DNA of 64,000 bases from Psammoneis japonica (Eukaryota): positions 310,001 through 374,000 of the forward strand of contig QPGO01000073.1 in the NCBI GenBank assembly GCA_008632985.1. Reading direction: 5' to 3'. Below are positions 23,146 through 35,105 of this stretch, one piece after another. The notes beneath the pieces were generated by a model. The model did not search any database, was not told the DNA's origin, and was given only the letters and a program-made list of their open reading frames with translations. Each line of letters starts with the position of its first letter. Position 1 is the stretch's first letter. The position numbers and the translations under genes were made by a program.

Positions 23146-24181
23146 TCAAGCTCGAGCTGCTACCTCGTAATCATATCCGTCTTTCTTGATGATGCATTCA
23201 GGCTTGAAAGAAAATTGAAACTCCTGTAAACCAAAGCAAGCAAGGGCTGGAAAAAGTCGGCAAAGAGATTGACTGTTCTGCTTCTCTTGGTACATCATTA
23301 GGGTTTGTTCCCGCGATTCTCCTTGATCCAATGACGCGTCACCACGCTTGCAACATCCTCCTCTTCTGGTTGTACTTCGGAAATCCTTGGTCCAGTCTCA
23401 TCGATATCGCGAGACGTTGACTTTTTCTTTCTCCTGCGTGCAAACACAGCAAACGCTACTGCAACAGCAGCGGCTACACTCCCCACACAACGCCCACTAC
23501 AACTCTTGAACGATTAGGTCCTTCAAGATCTTTTCTCCACTACTTTGCTCTACTCCATCAACAATTGGAGGGTATTGGTGGACTTTCAATAGTAGTGGTC
23601 ACCGCGTCAGATTGAAAGACAACCTCATCAATAGATGCATACTGTGTTGTTGCTTGTAAGGAATCCAAAAGACCCTCCTCCACAGCCTCTTTGACCCAGA
23701 CATCGAGAGTATTCGTTGACGGCAGTTGACTAGAATCTGACGCTTGAAAAATGGCGGCACCCGATCGAAACTGAATTGTGCTGTCGCCGTCGTTTATTTC
23801 ACGCTTTTGATACAGTGTGCCCTCGTCGCGTCGTGCTAGCAAGACCTTTTCAAACACAACGTCAGATTGAAATATCTTGTTTCCAATATAATTTGTAATT
23901 ACGTTTTCAACCTTCACATGAATGTTTGCTACGTCGTTTTCATTTTCCAGCAAAAGACTTGGCAAGAGCGTAATGTTGAAGGACGAAAGAGCGACCCTCT
24001 GTCGCACCTCTTCGTCCGAATCGTTGGAAAACACGCCCGCAACTCGTCGATCGCGGGAGTGGGAATTCTCATTATTTTTTCTGACACGAACGTTATTATT
24101 GTGAACCGAAACACCATCTGCAAGACAAGCGCTGATGCTCACAAATAGGATTGGAAGGAATGAAACAGACAAAGAGATCAT
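23146..24181 (-). CDS. Signal-peptide, single-pass membrane protein (frameshifted)
   Basis: Hydrophobic N-terminus MISLSVSFLPILFVSISACLA. TM GSVAAAVAVAFAVFA followed by RRRKKK in the next frame. 3' end approximate. Confidence 0.6.
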
Positions 24182-24616
24182 GGTTGCATATTAGGAAGAC
24201 ATGCACAGCAGAAAAAGTGTTTCGCTTCCCGCGCTCCAGCTCACAGAAAAAAATTTTGCGACAAAAAGTGAGCTTCGTGGATGAGCGATTCTTATCTTCA
24301 GAACTTTATATTCAGGAAATAATATGATATGCATCATGATCTGATAAAGATTAATGTTAAATTCGTTCTAACGGTCGAAGAGCTTTCTTACCGGCTACCC
24401 GTACGATTTGTACAAAGAGTACTGTATGTAGATTCCTACATATCCGGGACTCATAGTCGTGCGTTGCGCACCACAAAACGCATGATCATGCGCGATAATT
24501 TCTGCCGCCAACAACTTCCCAAACTGTGTTTTTCCATTTCTTTTCTTTTGTGGCGTGTAGCAGTTGACAAAAACAGTTGATCTATCATCTATTCAAGTAA
24601 TCTTTGCGTTGGCAAC

Positions 24617-26020
24617 ATGGCGTCTCCTTGTCAGCTTCGTGTTCTACTGCTTGTCTTTCTATTTTCTGCTTTGACGGTCCTTTTGCAAACACTGCAGCTG
24701 CGCAGAGGGAGTGTCAGTAGGAGAAAAGAATGCCAGTTGTTGTTTCAAGAGCATTGTCAAAAAGTGATGGCATAAATGTCGAGGAATTGCAAAGAAATGG
24801 GGGATACAATCAGCAGCATCCATGCGATTGCTTCATCAAATTGCAAACAGGAGTTGCGCAACTACAATCGTGAAGAGGACTTTGTACATTTTCATCACTG
24901 TAAGTCTCGTCCTTGATTTCTCGCATTTTACGAAAAGCTTTTCTTAAAAATCCATTTCTTCAACTTTCTTCTCCACAGTAATGAAGACTGGTGGCACCTC
25001 CATTTCACTCTTGCTGGAACAAGCATTCACGGTAGACCGCATTTTACCAGGATCGCGACATTCACGCCAGTTTAATTTCCAAGAAGCAAACGATAAGCTT
25101 GCCGACAGAGGCGACATCGGTGCCACAAGAAATTATTTGGTCTCTTTTTCCCACAATGATATACGACCGGGTTTTGGTCCAAACCAATCCAAGTTCTCAA
25201 AATTTATTTCGAGTCACAATGTGACTGGGGGTAAACGATTACGAGCGATTACAATGATTCGAGATCCTGTGTCGTTTCGTGCTTCTCACATGGCCATGTG
25301 GATGTGTGGTCTGAACCAGGCCGTTAGCAAGCACAATAAAGGTCGGGTTGCCCTGGGTCTTGAGCCACAATGTGGGCTTGAACTCAATCTAACGGCCTTG
25401 ATCGATGTCAGAGTATACACAATTAGAACAAAGTGCAGGGAGGGAGGCTATCACATTCCTGAACACTGCGACTTGCTGCGGGATGGAAAAGATCCTCTGG
25501 AACATTGCCGCTCGCCTCAAAATTTGCTACAATCGGAAAATTACGACCGACACATGCACAACATGTACAAAGTCATCATGGGGAGGTATTCATTGCAAAG
25601 CGGAGATAAGGAGGTATACCTACAGCAGAAGAAGTGGCACAGTATACTTTGGAGGACTTGGGTGGACTGAATCCAAGAAATGATGGAGATTCTGCAGTCG
25701 AAGCGGACTTTATCTGGTTTGGGATTACCGAGCGCATGGACGAAAGCATTTGTTTATTTTATTACATGCTCCAAATCACCCCAGTCCTAGCAGAGACGCC
25801 AACCGAAAGAGTCATGAAATGCTCGCCATCGTCCTGGTGGACAAAGCAAGACAAGGAAGAAGTAATAAAAAGGGAAACGCTCGACTATGCTGTTTATAAT
25901 GCAGCAAACGCAATCATGGACGTGAGGCTGGCCAAGATGCGGAATGAGATACAAGATCAACTTGATGCTGGTGGAACGCTAGAGTCGATACCCCATGTTG
26001 CACCTGGGTGCTTTCGTTGA
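24617..26020 (+). CDS. Golgi-type sulfotransferase (Sulfotransfer_2 / Gal-3-O-sulfotransferase-like), with frameshifts
   Basis: Signal anchor; FVHFHHL|MKTGGTS (5'-PSB) across intron 24900-24978; TMIRDPV (3'-PB); WFGITERMDESICLF. Confidence 0.82.
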
Positions 26021-27725
26021 TTTCATCTCGATTTTTCTCGGTAGCATCTAAAAGAACGTGTGATTGGTGGTCGTCCCCGACACAATTCCTCCAGTGCGTT
26101 GTTGCGGACATTGGATGCAGGATCGGTTCACTGCCGACAAGTCAGGGGTAGGAAACAAGAGCTTCCAGAAGTTTTCCCTCTACAGTACTCTTGAATTCTG
26201 CCGATTGATTTTGCGGCGGCAGTAGTGTTCGCCCTGCGTTACCCACATTATTCCAATGATCCAGTTGAGGATGGTTCCTCGATTTGCTCCTCCCTTTGAA
26301 ACACGGGGCTAAATGACTTAAGGCGCTATTGCCGTATGCTTGTTTACACATTGAACATGACTTGGCTGAACTCATTTTGTTTGTCCCTTAACCCATCTGG
26401 AGCGCGTGTTCCTCGCTGATGCTGTTGCGTCATCACCACTTTGACGATTCTGCAGCAGAGCACACTGGCGCGGGAAAACATTGCGCTTGCGGCCTGCGGC
26501 ACAACGCAACAAGGCCAGCAGTAACCGCTGCTCATGAGCTTTGTAACATTCGCAACAGCATGTGCCAAGAAGCCTGTAACACCTGTTTTTACATGTCCGG
26601 GACTCGTTGTTGATGTGTGTTGCACCACCACAAAACGCATGATGATGGATTCTGTCACCAACTGCAAGTGCTGCGGCACCTCATTTTTTTCCATTTTGCC
26701 TTTGATGATGCGTGCTGCCAGTGGCCAGCAGTTGACAGAAAGATGCGCAGCTTCACCAGCTTGGTGTGGTGGTTCTTTTGCAAGCACTCCAACTGTGTGC
26801 AATGGAAGCATGAAAAAACAGGGCCAGCTGCTTCAAAAAGGAGTTGTCAAAAAAAGCTCACAAAAGTGCATCAGAGGAGGAAATTTTGCAAAAAAGCATG
26901 GGAGGGTTGTGCAGCCAGCATCAGAGCTGTGCAACTGCTTGGCCAGCTTGTGCAAACAAAGAGCTGTGCAGCTGCAATCCCAAAAAACATTTTTCTTGCT
27001 TGTTTCTGGCATTGCAGGTCTTTCATGAACTGAAACAAGTGCCCCAAAAATCATGCCAACAACAATGCTGACAGCTCCTTGCATGTGCCTCTGTGCCACC
27101 AGCTGACACCACCAGGCAGATGGCTCTTGTGCAAGCAAGCCAAGGCAGCACAGAGCTGGCACCATGAAGTGATTGCTGCAAATGGCCACCCATCTGACAG
27201 TGCCTTTTTGCCACAAATGTTTTCTCACCTGCTGAAGGGCACACTGCACCCCAGTGCTCTTGACTTTGTTTGGTGTGTGTGAGTGTCCATCCAGTTTGCT
27301 TGTGATGCTGGGTCCTGCGAAGAGTGAACAAGAGAGAGAGAAAGCACCACTTTGCAGTGGTGCCACAAGAAAGAGCTCTTGTGTTTTTGTTGCAGCACAG
27401 CTGCACCAGCTTGCCACCAATGCATGCCACCACCTGCTGAACAAAGAAAGAAGATCTAGCCTGTGGGTCAAGCAGCAGATCATGTGGGTCAAAACAGGAG
27501 TCCCAAAAATCACAGCACAAGAAGAAGCAGTGGCCCATTGCACACTTGTTGAGTCCCGAGTGTTTGATGCAGGCGGGACCGACCAATCACTTCATGCCGG
27601 CGACCGGCAACCATCACATCGCACGGCGAACAAAAACAAAAAAGGTCAACAATGGCAATGACGAAGCCAAGCTGAAAGCATCCCATCCACTGAACAGATG
27701 CAGACACACATGCTTGCAATGAACA

Positions 27726-28556
27726 ATGATGGGACGCTTCAAGATTCTGTGTGTCTTTAATCCAGAAGATGCCTTTGGCTTTGTTTGCACCCATGACAAT
27801 GAGCAAGGATGTCCTGAGTTCATCGCTCTCAACACACCACGAAACAAGGCCAGCCGCATTGGCAGTGTCATGCACTTTTTGTCCAAACACATGATTGAAC
27901 ATGGCAATGCAGTTAGAAGCAATGGGTTGGATTTTCTAACCAAGCTGGTCAAAGGCAACCGCAAGGCAGAGCTCATGCGCACACATGCAACCATGACAAA
28001 CAAGAATGCGCAGCTGTTTGAGCTCCTTCCTTGGTTTGAGTTTGACCGGCTGGAGGACTGGGAAAGTCACGAACCTGCACCAAAAGGCCACGATGAGTTT
28101 GTGTGTTCCATGTCAGAAGTTTGGCAGACAAAAGGCAGCTTCATTTTGCACATTGATGGGGACAAATCGAGTTGTGCCTTGGTGAATTTGAAGCATGTTG
28201 ATTCAGCTGTTGCCTTGCAACATGTTGATGACTGGACAGTTGACTGGGACATGAATCTCATGTTGGAGCAGCAAGCATTTGTTTGCACCCATTCTCGACA
28301 CTTTGGCAAACTTGCCAAAGTTTGTTTTCGCGAGAAGAACATTTGTGCCTGTTGCAGCCTGATTGACAATGAAAAGTTGAGCAAGTGCAGGCAGTGCAAG
28401 CAAACTTTGCATTGTTGCCACAAACACCAGGCAGCCAACTGGCCTGCCCACAAAGGCAAGTGCAAACAGATGAAAAGCATGCGCGACAACAAGAACAAAC
28501 ATGGAGGCCGTCGATCCAACAACAAACAGGGTGACAAAAGCAAAATGAACAAATGA
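27726..28556 (+). pseudogene. MYND zinc-finger gene, hypermutated but still open
   Basis: CACC...KLSKCRQCKQTLHCCHKHQAANWPAHKGKC matches MYND (CxxC..CxxC..YC..Q..W..H..C) with Tyr positions replaced. The 276-aa ORF has no Tyr. Confidence 0.8.
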
Positions 28557-30502
28557 TTCTGATGAAAGTGGGGGTGGACAGAAGATTGCACAGTTCTGAC
28601 AAACAGACATTCCATGGGACCATTGTTGTGTCTCATTCAAATCAGAGAAGAACAGAGACCCTTCTCCAGATTCAAAAGTTGTGGGATCACTCTCCAAAAT
28701 GTGAGCAGAGCTGTGAGTTTTTTTCATTTCTTGGACACTTGCAATCCATCACTTCTGTTGGGATTTGTCATCATTGGGTCTTGGCAACAAACCCAATGGC
28801 AGAATTGATGTTTTCATTTCATTTGGTTTGCAAAAGTCTGGACCAACTGCAGGCATTTTGCTCATCGCGCACGAGGTTCCAATGTTTCAAGGAACATTCT
28901 GGTCTGATGAGCTTGTCACATTTTCTTGTGAGTTTCATGCGGATGCCCTCAAAACCCTGTGTTGTTGACAAGGGGATCACTCTGTGGGATCATTCCACTT
29001 CAATGCAGTCTCAACCAAGCCATCTGCATTTTGTGGGAGTGTTCGTTCTTCACAATGCAGCAGTCTCTTGCCATTCAGTCCGACCAGAAGAGATCTTGTC
29101 AAGACAAATCACACGGACACAAATGTTGACTCTAGAGAAAGATGCTGGCTCACAGGTGTGCATCAGTTTTCAACAATGTTGTTCTTGTGCGCCAACCTCC
29201 ACAGATGTTTCTCTGTCATTGCGCATCTCACACAAGCAGAGGACAACCAATTGCGGGAATGTGATGCTGCCAAGCTCTGCCACCATCATCATCCTGAATG
29301 AATTGCGCATCAAGCTGATGATGAAGATTGTGCTTGGCATGAATGTCAAAACCTGGAGCATGATCTGCAATGGGGAATGATGAGGTCTCCAACATGCAAA
29401 GCAAACAATGCAATGCTGAAGACTGGGCAGCAAGACTGGAGTGATGAAGGACGCGGCAGGGCCAAGGAAAAGAACACATCAATGAGATGGAGAAATTGAG
29501 GGCACCTGCAGCCATGGGTGTTTTGGCTCAATGATGCACCCGGTGGATCTTTTGCACCCAAGCATTGTCACAATGCTCATGTGACTTGTTTCTGTGAACA
29601 AACTTGAAGCCAACTGCAGCACTTCATGCACGCACATGACCCACCTTCATTTTTCTTCATGTTTCCCAGATTTGTGCAGCCCGTTGGTCTACGGCGTTTT
29701 CAGTGTGTGTTTTGCATGCATGATTTTCTGCACACTTCACAACAGTGCACCCTCTCCCCAAAGTTTGAAAAATGAGAGTGTGCACAGCCATGGCGGTGAA
29801 AGACTTTACCCCATTGGCCGATGACAGCAGCTCAATGCATGGTGAAGCCTGCCATCCTTCTGGTTGGTCAAGATGGGGTTTCGTTTGGGTGCAGCTTGAA
29901 TTTTGTGATCGCAAGTGTGCTGTCACGAATCCGCCGCATCCAGAATGCTGAGCTCTGGTGTGTTGTTGTGTGTTGTGTGCACGCACATCACAAACTTGCT
30001 TTTCTGCAGTGTTGGCATGATCGCGCACATCAGAGTTTTGCATCCAGAGTCATCACAAGTTGCCATAAATTGCACTGTTCAAACAAGGCATGTACAAAAA
30101 GAGGTTCATTGGTTTTTGATGCATTCGCCAACAACACATCCGTCTTCTCCAATTTCTGTGTCCAGATCCAGAAAGACTGCAGGCGGTGCTTGTTCCTGCA
30201 GCTCTCAGAATCACCATGTGAAAAGTTCTTTGCCACACATGAAACTCTTCAAAAAAGGCATGCACAAAAAGAGCTTCATTTGTTTTTGATGTGTTCACTT
30301 GTGTTGCATCCGTCTTCTCCAATTTCTACACCCAGATCCAGAAAGACTGCAGAGGTGGAGAGTGGGGAGGCAACCCATTTGAGGTTGCCTGAGTTGTTGG
30401 GCTCATTTTAAAAGGCTTCCCAAGTCTCTCCGCTGTTTGTGGTCAAGAGCAGGGGGGTCGACTACAACAACCTCAGCAGCTGCCAATTCCATGTCGATGG
30501 GT

Positions 30503-31000
30503 CGGGAACCAGCAGCAGAAGCTCCCAAATCGGCGGCGGTGGATGCACCTGCAAGTCCACATTGCGGTTTCAATTGGTTGCTGCTGTTGTCCTGCACACT
30601 CTCACAAAGCATTTTACATTTGTTTGCAATGAACAAGGTGGATCAGAGCAATGTCACTTCACCTGATCCAGAATCAGCTTTGCGGGGTCAGGAACCGGCA
30701 GCAGAAGCAACCGAATCTGCCACGGCGGATGCACCAGCAAGTCTGCGTTGCGGTTTTAATTGGTTGCTGTTGTCATCTCATGCACTCTCACAAAGTGTTT
30801 TGCACTTCTTTGCAGTGAATGAGGTGGATCAGAGCAGCGCCACTTCACCTGGTCCAGAATCAGCTTTGCGGGGTCAGGAACCGGCGGCAGAAGTGACCAA
30901 ATCGGTGGCAGCGGATGCACCTGCAAGTCTGCGTTGCGGCTTCAATTGGTTGCTGTTGTTGTCCCATGCACTCTCACAAAGTGTTTTTCACTTCTTTGCA
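30503..31000. repeat. Three tandem copies of a ~185-bp unit
   Basis: GGAACC(A/G)GC(A/G)GCAGAAG...GGATGCACC(T/A)GCAAGTC...AATTGGTTGCTG..CACTCTCACAAAG recurs at ~30503, ~30690 and ~30876. Confidence 0.9.
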
Positions 31001-33062
31001 ATGATTTGCCATTGTGAACAGAGTGTCACTCCTCGTTTGAAGGCGTTGCATTTGGATTGCTTGCCATGTCTCAGCATCAAGATTGTGCTCTCAACTGCAT
31101 GGCAGTGCAAGTGGAGTTCAAAGAGGTCCAAGCTTGTGCTCATGAAGGCAGTGGTGCACTCCACTTTTGCTGCAGTGAGCTCTAGCTCCGCCATTTTGTG
31201 CATCAGCTTTGCACCTTTCTTCTCTTGGAATTCAGTCGTTGCCTCTTTGAATTCATTGACAAGCCTTTGTTTCCGTCTGCGTCATTTAAATTAAGTGCAA
31301 ACAACAAAACAGAACGTTTGCAATGCAGGTGATTTTAAATTGCAGGTTTTGCAGGAATGGAGGGTGGGCACTCTCACAGGGAAAATGGTTGGCTGTTTCA
31401 CAGTGAATGGTGTTGCCTCGTGGGACAGTTGCGGGCTCCACAGCAATGAAGTTTGTCTTTCACAGTTGACAAATTGTCACCACGTACACAACCAATGAGG
31501 TTTGAAACCATGAAATTTTTAACTGTGACAGATTAAAAAATTCACTGTGAGAAAGTTGGTCTGATTGCCACATTGCATGCTCTGATGGAAGCCAGCATCA
31601 AGCAGCACAGAATGACCAGCTGCACCCCTTGTGAGAACAAGGGCCATGTGACAAAACCTGGCAGCATGGTTGTTGTCTCCAGTGCCACCCACATGGGCTG
31701 GATTGCACAACCATGAACAGACAAAGATGGCCTCTTGAGCTGGCAACTTCCCTTCTTGGTTTCCCACGTTCTTGGCTGCATTCTGATGCTGCTTTTTTGA
31801 CAGACGAGAGTGGCAGGAACCCCTCCTTGCACCTTTGAACTGCCAGAACAGAAGGAAGGGCAACCCATGGTGCCAGTGCGGATGTGTTGTTTGCACTGCA
31901 AAACAACACTGGACAACGCCAAAAGCAAAAACAAATTGTGAACAAAATTTTGCTGCAGTGACCCAACTGAAAAAAGGAAAAAATTGAAGCAAACAAACTT
32001 GTGCATTGAACAGGACATTGACACAATTGGTGCTGCAGGTTGAAATTGTTGCAGTCGTTGAAAAACAGCTTTGCTGTGGGGAAAAAAGAGGTGGCAATCA
32101 AAAGGCAAAAAAAACTGGCATCACACCCAAAAAGAGCAGGTGAATTTGCACAGGGCATCCATGTGGAGAACACATGGGAAGGATGCCTGCTGGGAGAAAT
32201 TGGGAGAATGTGTCTGTTTCACGCAGAAGAAGACAAATTAAATCCGCCAGAATTGTTGGTTGATTTTGACCATGCTGCAGGAGTCATGCAGGCCCCACTG
32301 GAGTTGTGGAAACAATGCAGGTTTGTCACATTAAATGAGGGTTGCCCTGCATTTGAGGAATGGATGCCCAATGGATCAATGCAAAGCACAAGCAGTGCAG
32401 CAACTGAAGCTTTGCCCATTTTCATGTTTGTGCAGCTCAACATGACAACCCAATGCTCCACAGAAAAGGAGGCACTTCAAAGACATGTGTGTGCTGTGCC
32501 TGTTGCCATCAAATTGCCACAATGCTGGGCTGCCATGCTGCTCTGCAGGAGGTGGCCAACCCAACAGCATGGCTGTTGAGTTGTGCAAAAATGTCATGGC
32601 TCCTTTTGAGAGTGCAACCCAGCACTGTCTGACTGAACAGGCAGGAGTGACCTCTCTCTGCACGCACACACACACCCTCTGGTGGGATGATCAACAAGAA
32701 GAACCTGCTCTGGGCAAAAACAGATTTGGAGATCTTCTTGTGCAAAGAGGCAGTGGTGAGATTAAACAAGAAGTGAACATGGCACCCGAAGCTTCCAAAC
32801 AATCGTCAGCTTGCAAAACAACACAAACATCGAATCGCAGGAACAAGCAGCAAATGTTCTTGAGCTCACCTTGAGGTGACAGAGCGAAAATCAATTTTTC
32901 TGACTGGACACTGGGGCCTGCCTGATTGTGGTGGGAGTCCATGTGGGCTGCAGCAGTGAGAATGAGGTGTCGTGTGTGCACAGCGTTCTGTCGTCGTCGA
33001 CGGGTCGTCATGATGTCGTCATCCGTTCGTTCAAGCGAGTCCCGAATGGACCAAACCATTTT

Positions 33063-33129
33063 GAGTCCCGAACACTTTACCAAAATTTTGGCACACTTTA
33101 CCAAAATTTTGGTAAAGTATTCGTGACTC
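33063..33129. repeat. Near-perfect palindrome/hairpin with an internal ~21-bp duplication
   Basis: GAGTCCCGAACACTTTACCAAAATTTTGG-CACACTTTACCAAAATTTTGGTAAAGTATTCGTGACTC. Confidence 0.85.
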
Positions 33130-33199
33130 GCATTCGTGACTTGCATTCTCGTCAGGGATTTCCAATTTCCAACTTTCGGTGTGCTGCTACGATGCAACC

Positions 33200-34414
33200 A
33201 TGGCGTCCCTAAGGAGTTCAGCTTTCCTTGGCTCATACTATGCTACCACGACAGTGCTTGCACATGGACGCATACCATGTATAGCGGTCGCAAGGACTGA
33301 GCGCCGACCATTCTCGGTTCTGGTACACCGAGTGGCGTTCAACTCGGTATTGCAACATCATCCAAACTTCGGCTCCGGTGTCAACTTTCCACGAGATGCA
33401 CACATTACCACTGCAACGATTGCTTCCTCAACAATGCACAAATACTTGTCTACTGAAAGATACGACGATAATCAAGATGAAAGCAAAGAAAAAAGAATTA
33501 GATTATCAAAACTTATTTCTCAATATTCAAGAAATCTCGCATTGAGTCGTCGAGAAGCAGAGCGAAGAATTTCACAAGGTCGAGTGACGGTGGCTGGAAA
33601 GGCAATTACCACTCCCCATTTTCTCTTATCTTGGGGTGAAGCCTATAACAATATCAAGGTGGATGGAAAACTCGTTGTCATGTCAAAAACAAGACAAGAT
33701 CAATCACCACAACAACAACATGAAACAACACGAGTATGGCTTGTGCACAAGCTCGCAGGAGAAGTGGTTGCGGAAAACGATCCCAAAGGCCGTCCGTCCA
33801 TGTTGGAACGTTTGGTTCGTGGTGGTGTTGGAAAAGTAGTACGTGGTGGTAAAAAGAATAAGGAACGACAACATTTGAAACCCATTGGTAGACTCGACAT
33901 GTCCACACAGGGTCTCATTCTCGTGACAAACAACGGTAGCTATGCCCGGGAAATGGAGTTGCCCTCGAATCAAGTACATCGTGTTTATCGGGCACGAGTT
34001 CACGGGAGAGTGACGCCTTATAAACTGAAAGCGATTCAATCGGGAGTTACAGTTGGCAATGTGCATTACGGGCCAATGAGGGTATCCGTCGAAGCATCAC
34101 CCAGAAATAATAATCGGTCACCTACCAATTCCTGGCTTTGTATTGAATGCACCGAGGGGAAGAATCGTCAAGTACGAAATGTATTGGGTCAGTTGGGTCT
34201 CACCGTGACGAGGCTTATTCGTGTATCGTACGGTGACTATCAGCTGCAAACGATCCCACCGGGAATGGCTTTGGAAGTTCCCGTCAAGCCTCTGGCTCGG
34301 CAGAAACGGCAAGGTGCTCTCTTTCCGTTGAAAAAGCGCAAAGAGGAAAAACCCAAGGAGACTTTGAAGAATCCAGTACAATGGGTCACTCACTTTTCGT
34401 CCTTGAATCGATAA
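33200..34414 (+). CDS. Pseudouridine synthase, RsuA/RluB family with S4 domain, probably organellar
   Basis: S4 domain (RLSKLIS..SRREAERRISQGRVTVAG), catalytic IGRLD, YRARVHG, EGKNRQVR and VTRLIRVSYG. Confidence 0.93.
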   Translation: MASLRSSAFLGSYYATTTVLAHGRIPCIAVARTERRPFSVLVHRVAFNSVLQHHPNFGSGVNFPRDAHITTATIASSTMHKYLSTERYDDNQDESKEKRIRLSKLISQYSRNLALSRREAERRISQGRVTVAGKAITTPHFLLSWGEAYNNIKVDGKLVVMSKTRQDQSPQQQHETTRVWLVHKLAGEVVAENDPKGRPSMLERLVRGGVGKVVRGGKKNKERQHLKPIGRLDMSTQGLILVTNNGSYAREMELPSNQVHRVYRARVHGRVTPYKLKAIQSGVTVGNVHYGPMRVSVEASPRNNNRSPTNSWLCIECTEGKNRQVRNVLGQLGLTVTRLIRVSYGDYQLQTIPPGMALEVPVKPLARQKRQGALFPLKKRKEEKPKETLKNPVQWVTHFSSLNR

Positions 34415-35105
34415 AAAACCAAACGATTTCATAGCTCAAGTTGGAAAGTCGTTGCATTTGGTGTTCAAATCTTACTCGGCGCTGCTATGTCACTGCCGCA
34501 AATCAATACACCTTCGAACTCGTTTCTTTGTGCTCGTATAACATTGTGACAAATTCGAGGTATTGTCCATGAGGTCGTTGGTAGCTTGAAGTAGTTAAGG
34601 GAGTCAATGGACTCGGGATTGAGAAACAGAAACAAGCACTGCTTCCTTCTTGACTCCACGTTGTGCGCCACAATTCAAGGTCGACCTCGATACAGTACAG
34701 CATCCACCATCAATTTGGGCGCACCCCCGAAACATGTAAGCTAGTACCACTGTGCGCCGTGATATGAATTTTGATCTACCCTTAACTTGTCTATGATACT
34801 GTTCAAGAACACGATCATCTTGCGGAAAGCTTGACTACTAACTGTCGCTATCGTGCATGAACGCCTTATTAACTAACTCCCGGGACGGGCAACAAACTAC
34901 ATCTCAACAAAAAAAGTTTGACCAAACCAACAGGCAACGACACTCGCGTACTAAAGGAATCATCGTCGATACGAAAGGCGAATCTTGCATTTTACACTCT
35001 GGATTCGCGATGTCTTTGCCATGCACAAAGCCTGCTTTGTCTGCCTCCTGCAGTGAAAATCGTTAGTCGACGAGACGCCAATGTAGCAGGCATGTCAGAA
35101 CGACT

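Larger units (their letters stand above)
26450..33050. mobile_element. 6.6-kb TA-depleted block of degenerate repeats, containing a MYND gene relic and tandem repeats
   Basis: TA nearly absent, CG reduced, long Cys/His-rich Tyr-free ORFs. No TE family confidently assigned. Confidence 0.6.

Noticed and set aside
30503..31000. CRISPR-like array
   Set aside because: The units are ~185-bp whole-unit tandem repeats without unique spacers, in a eukaryotic context.
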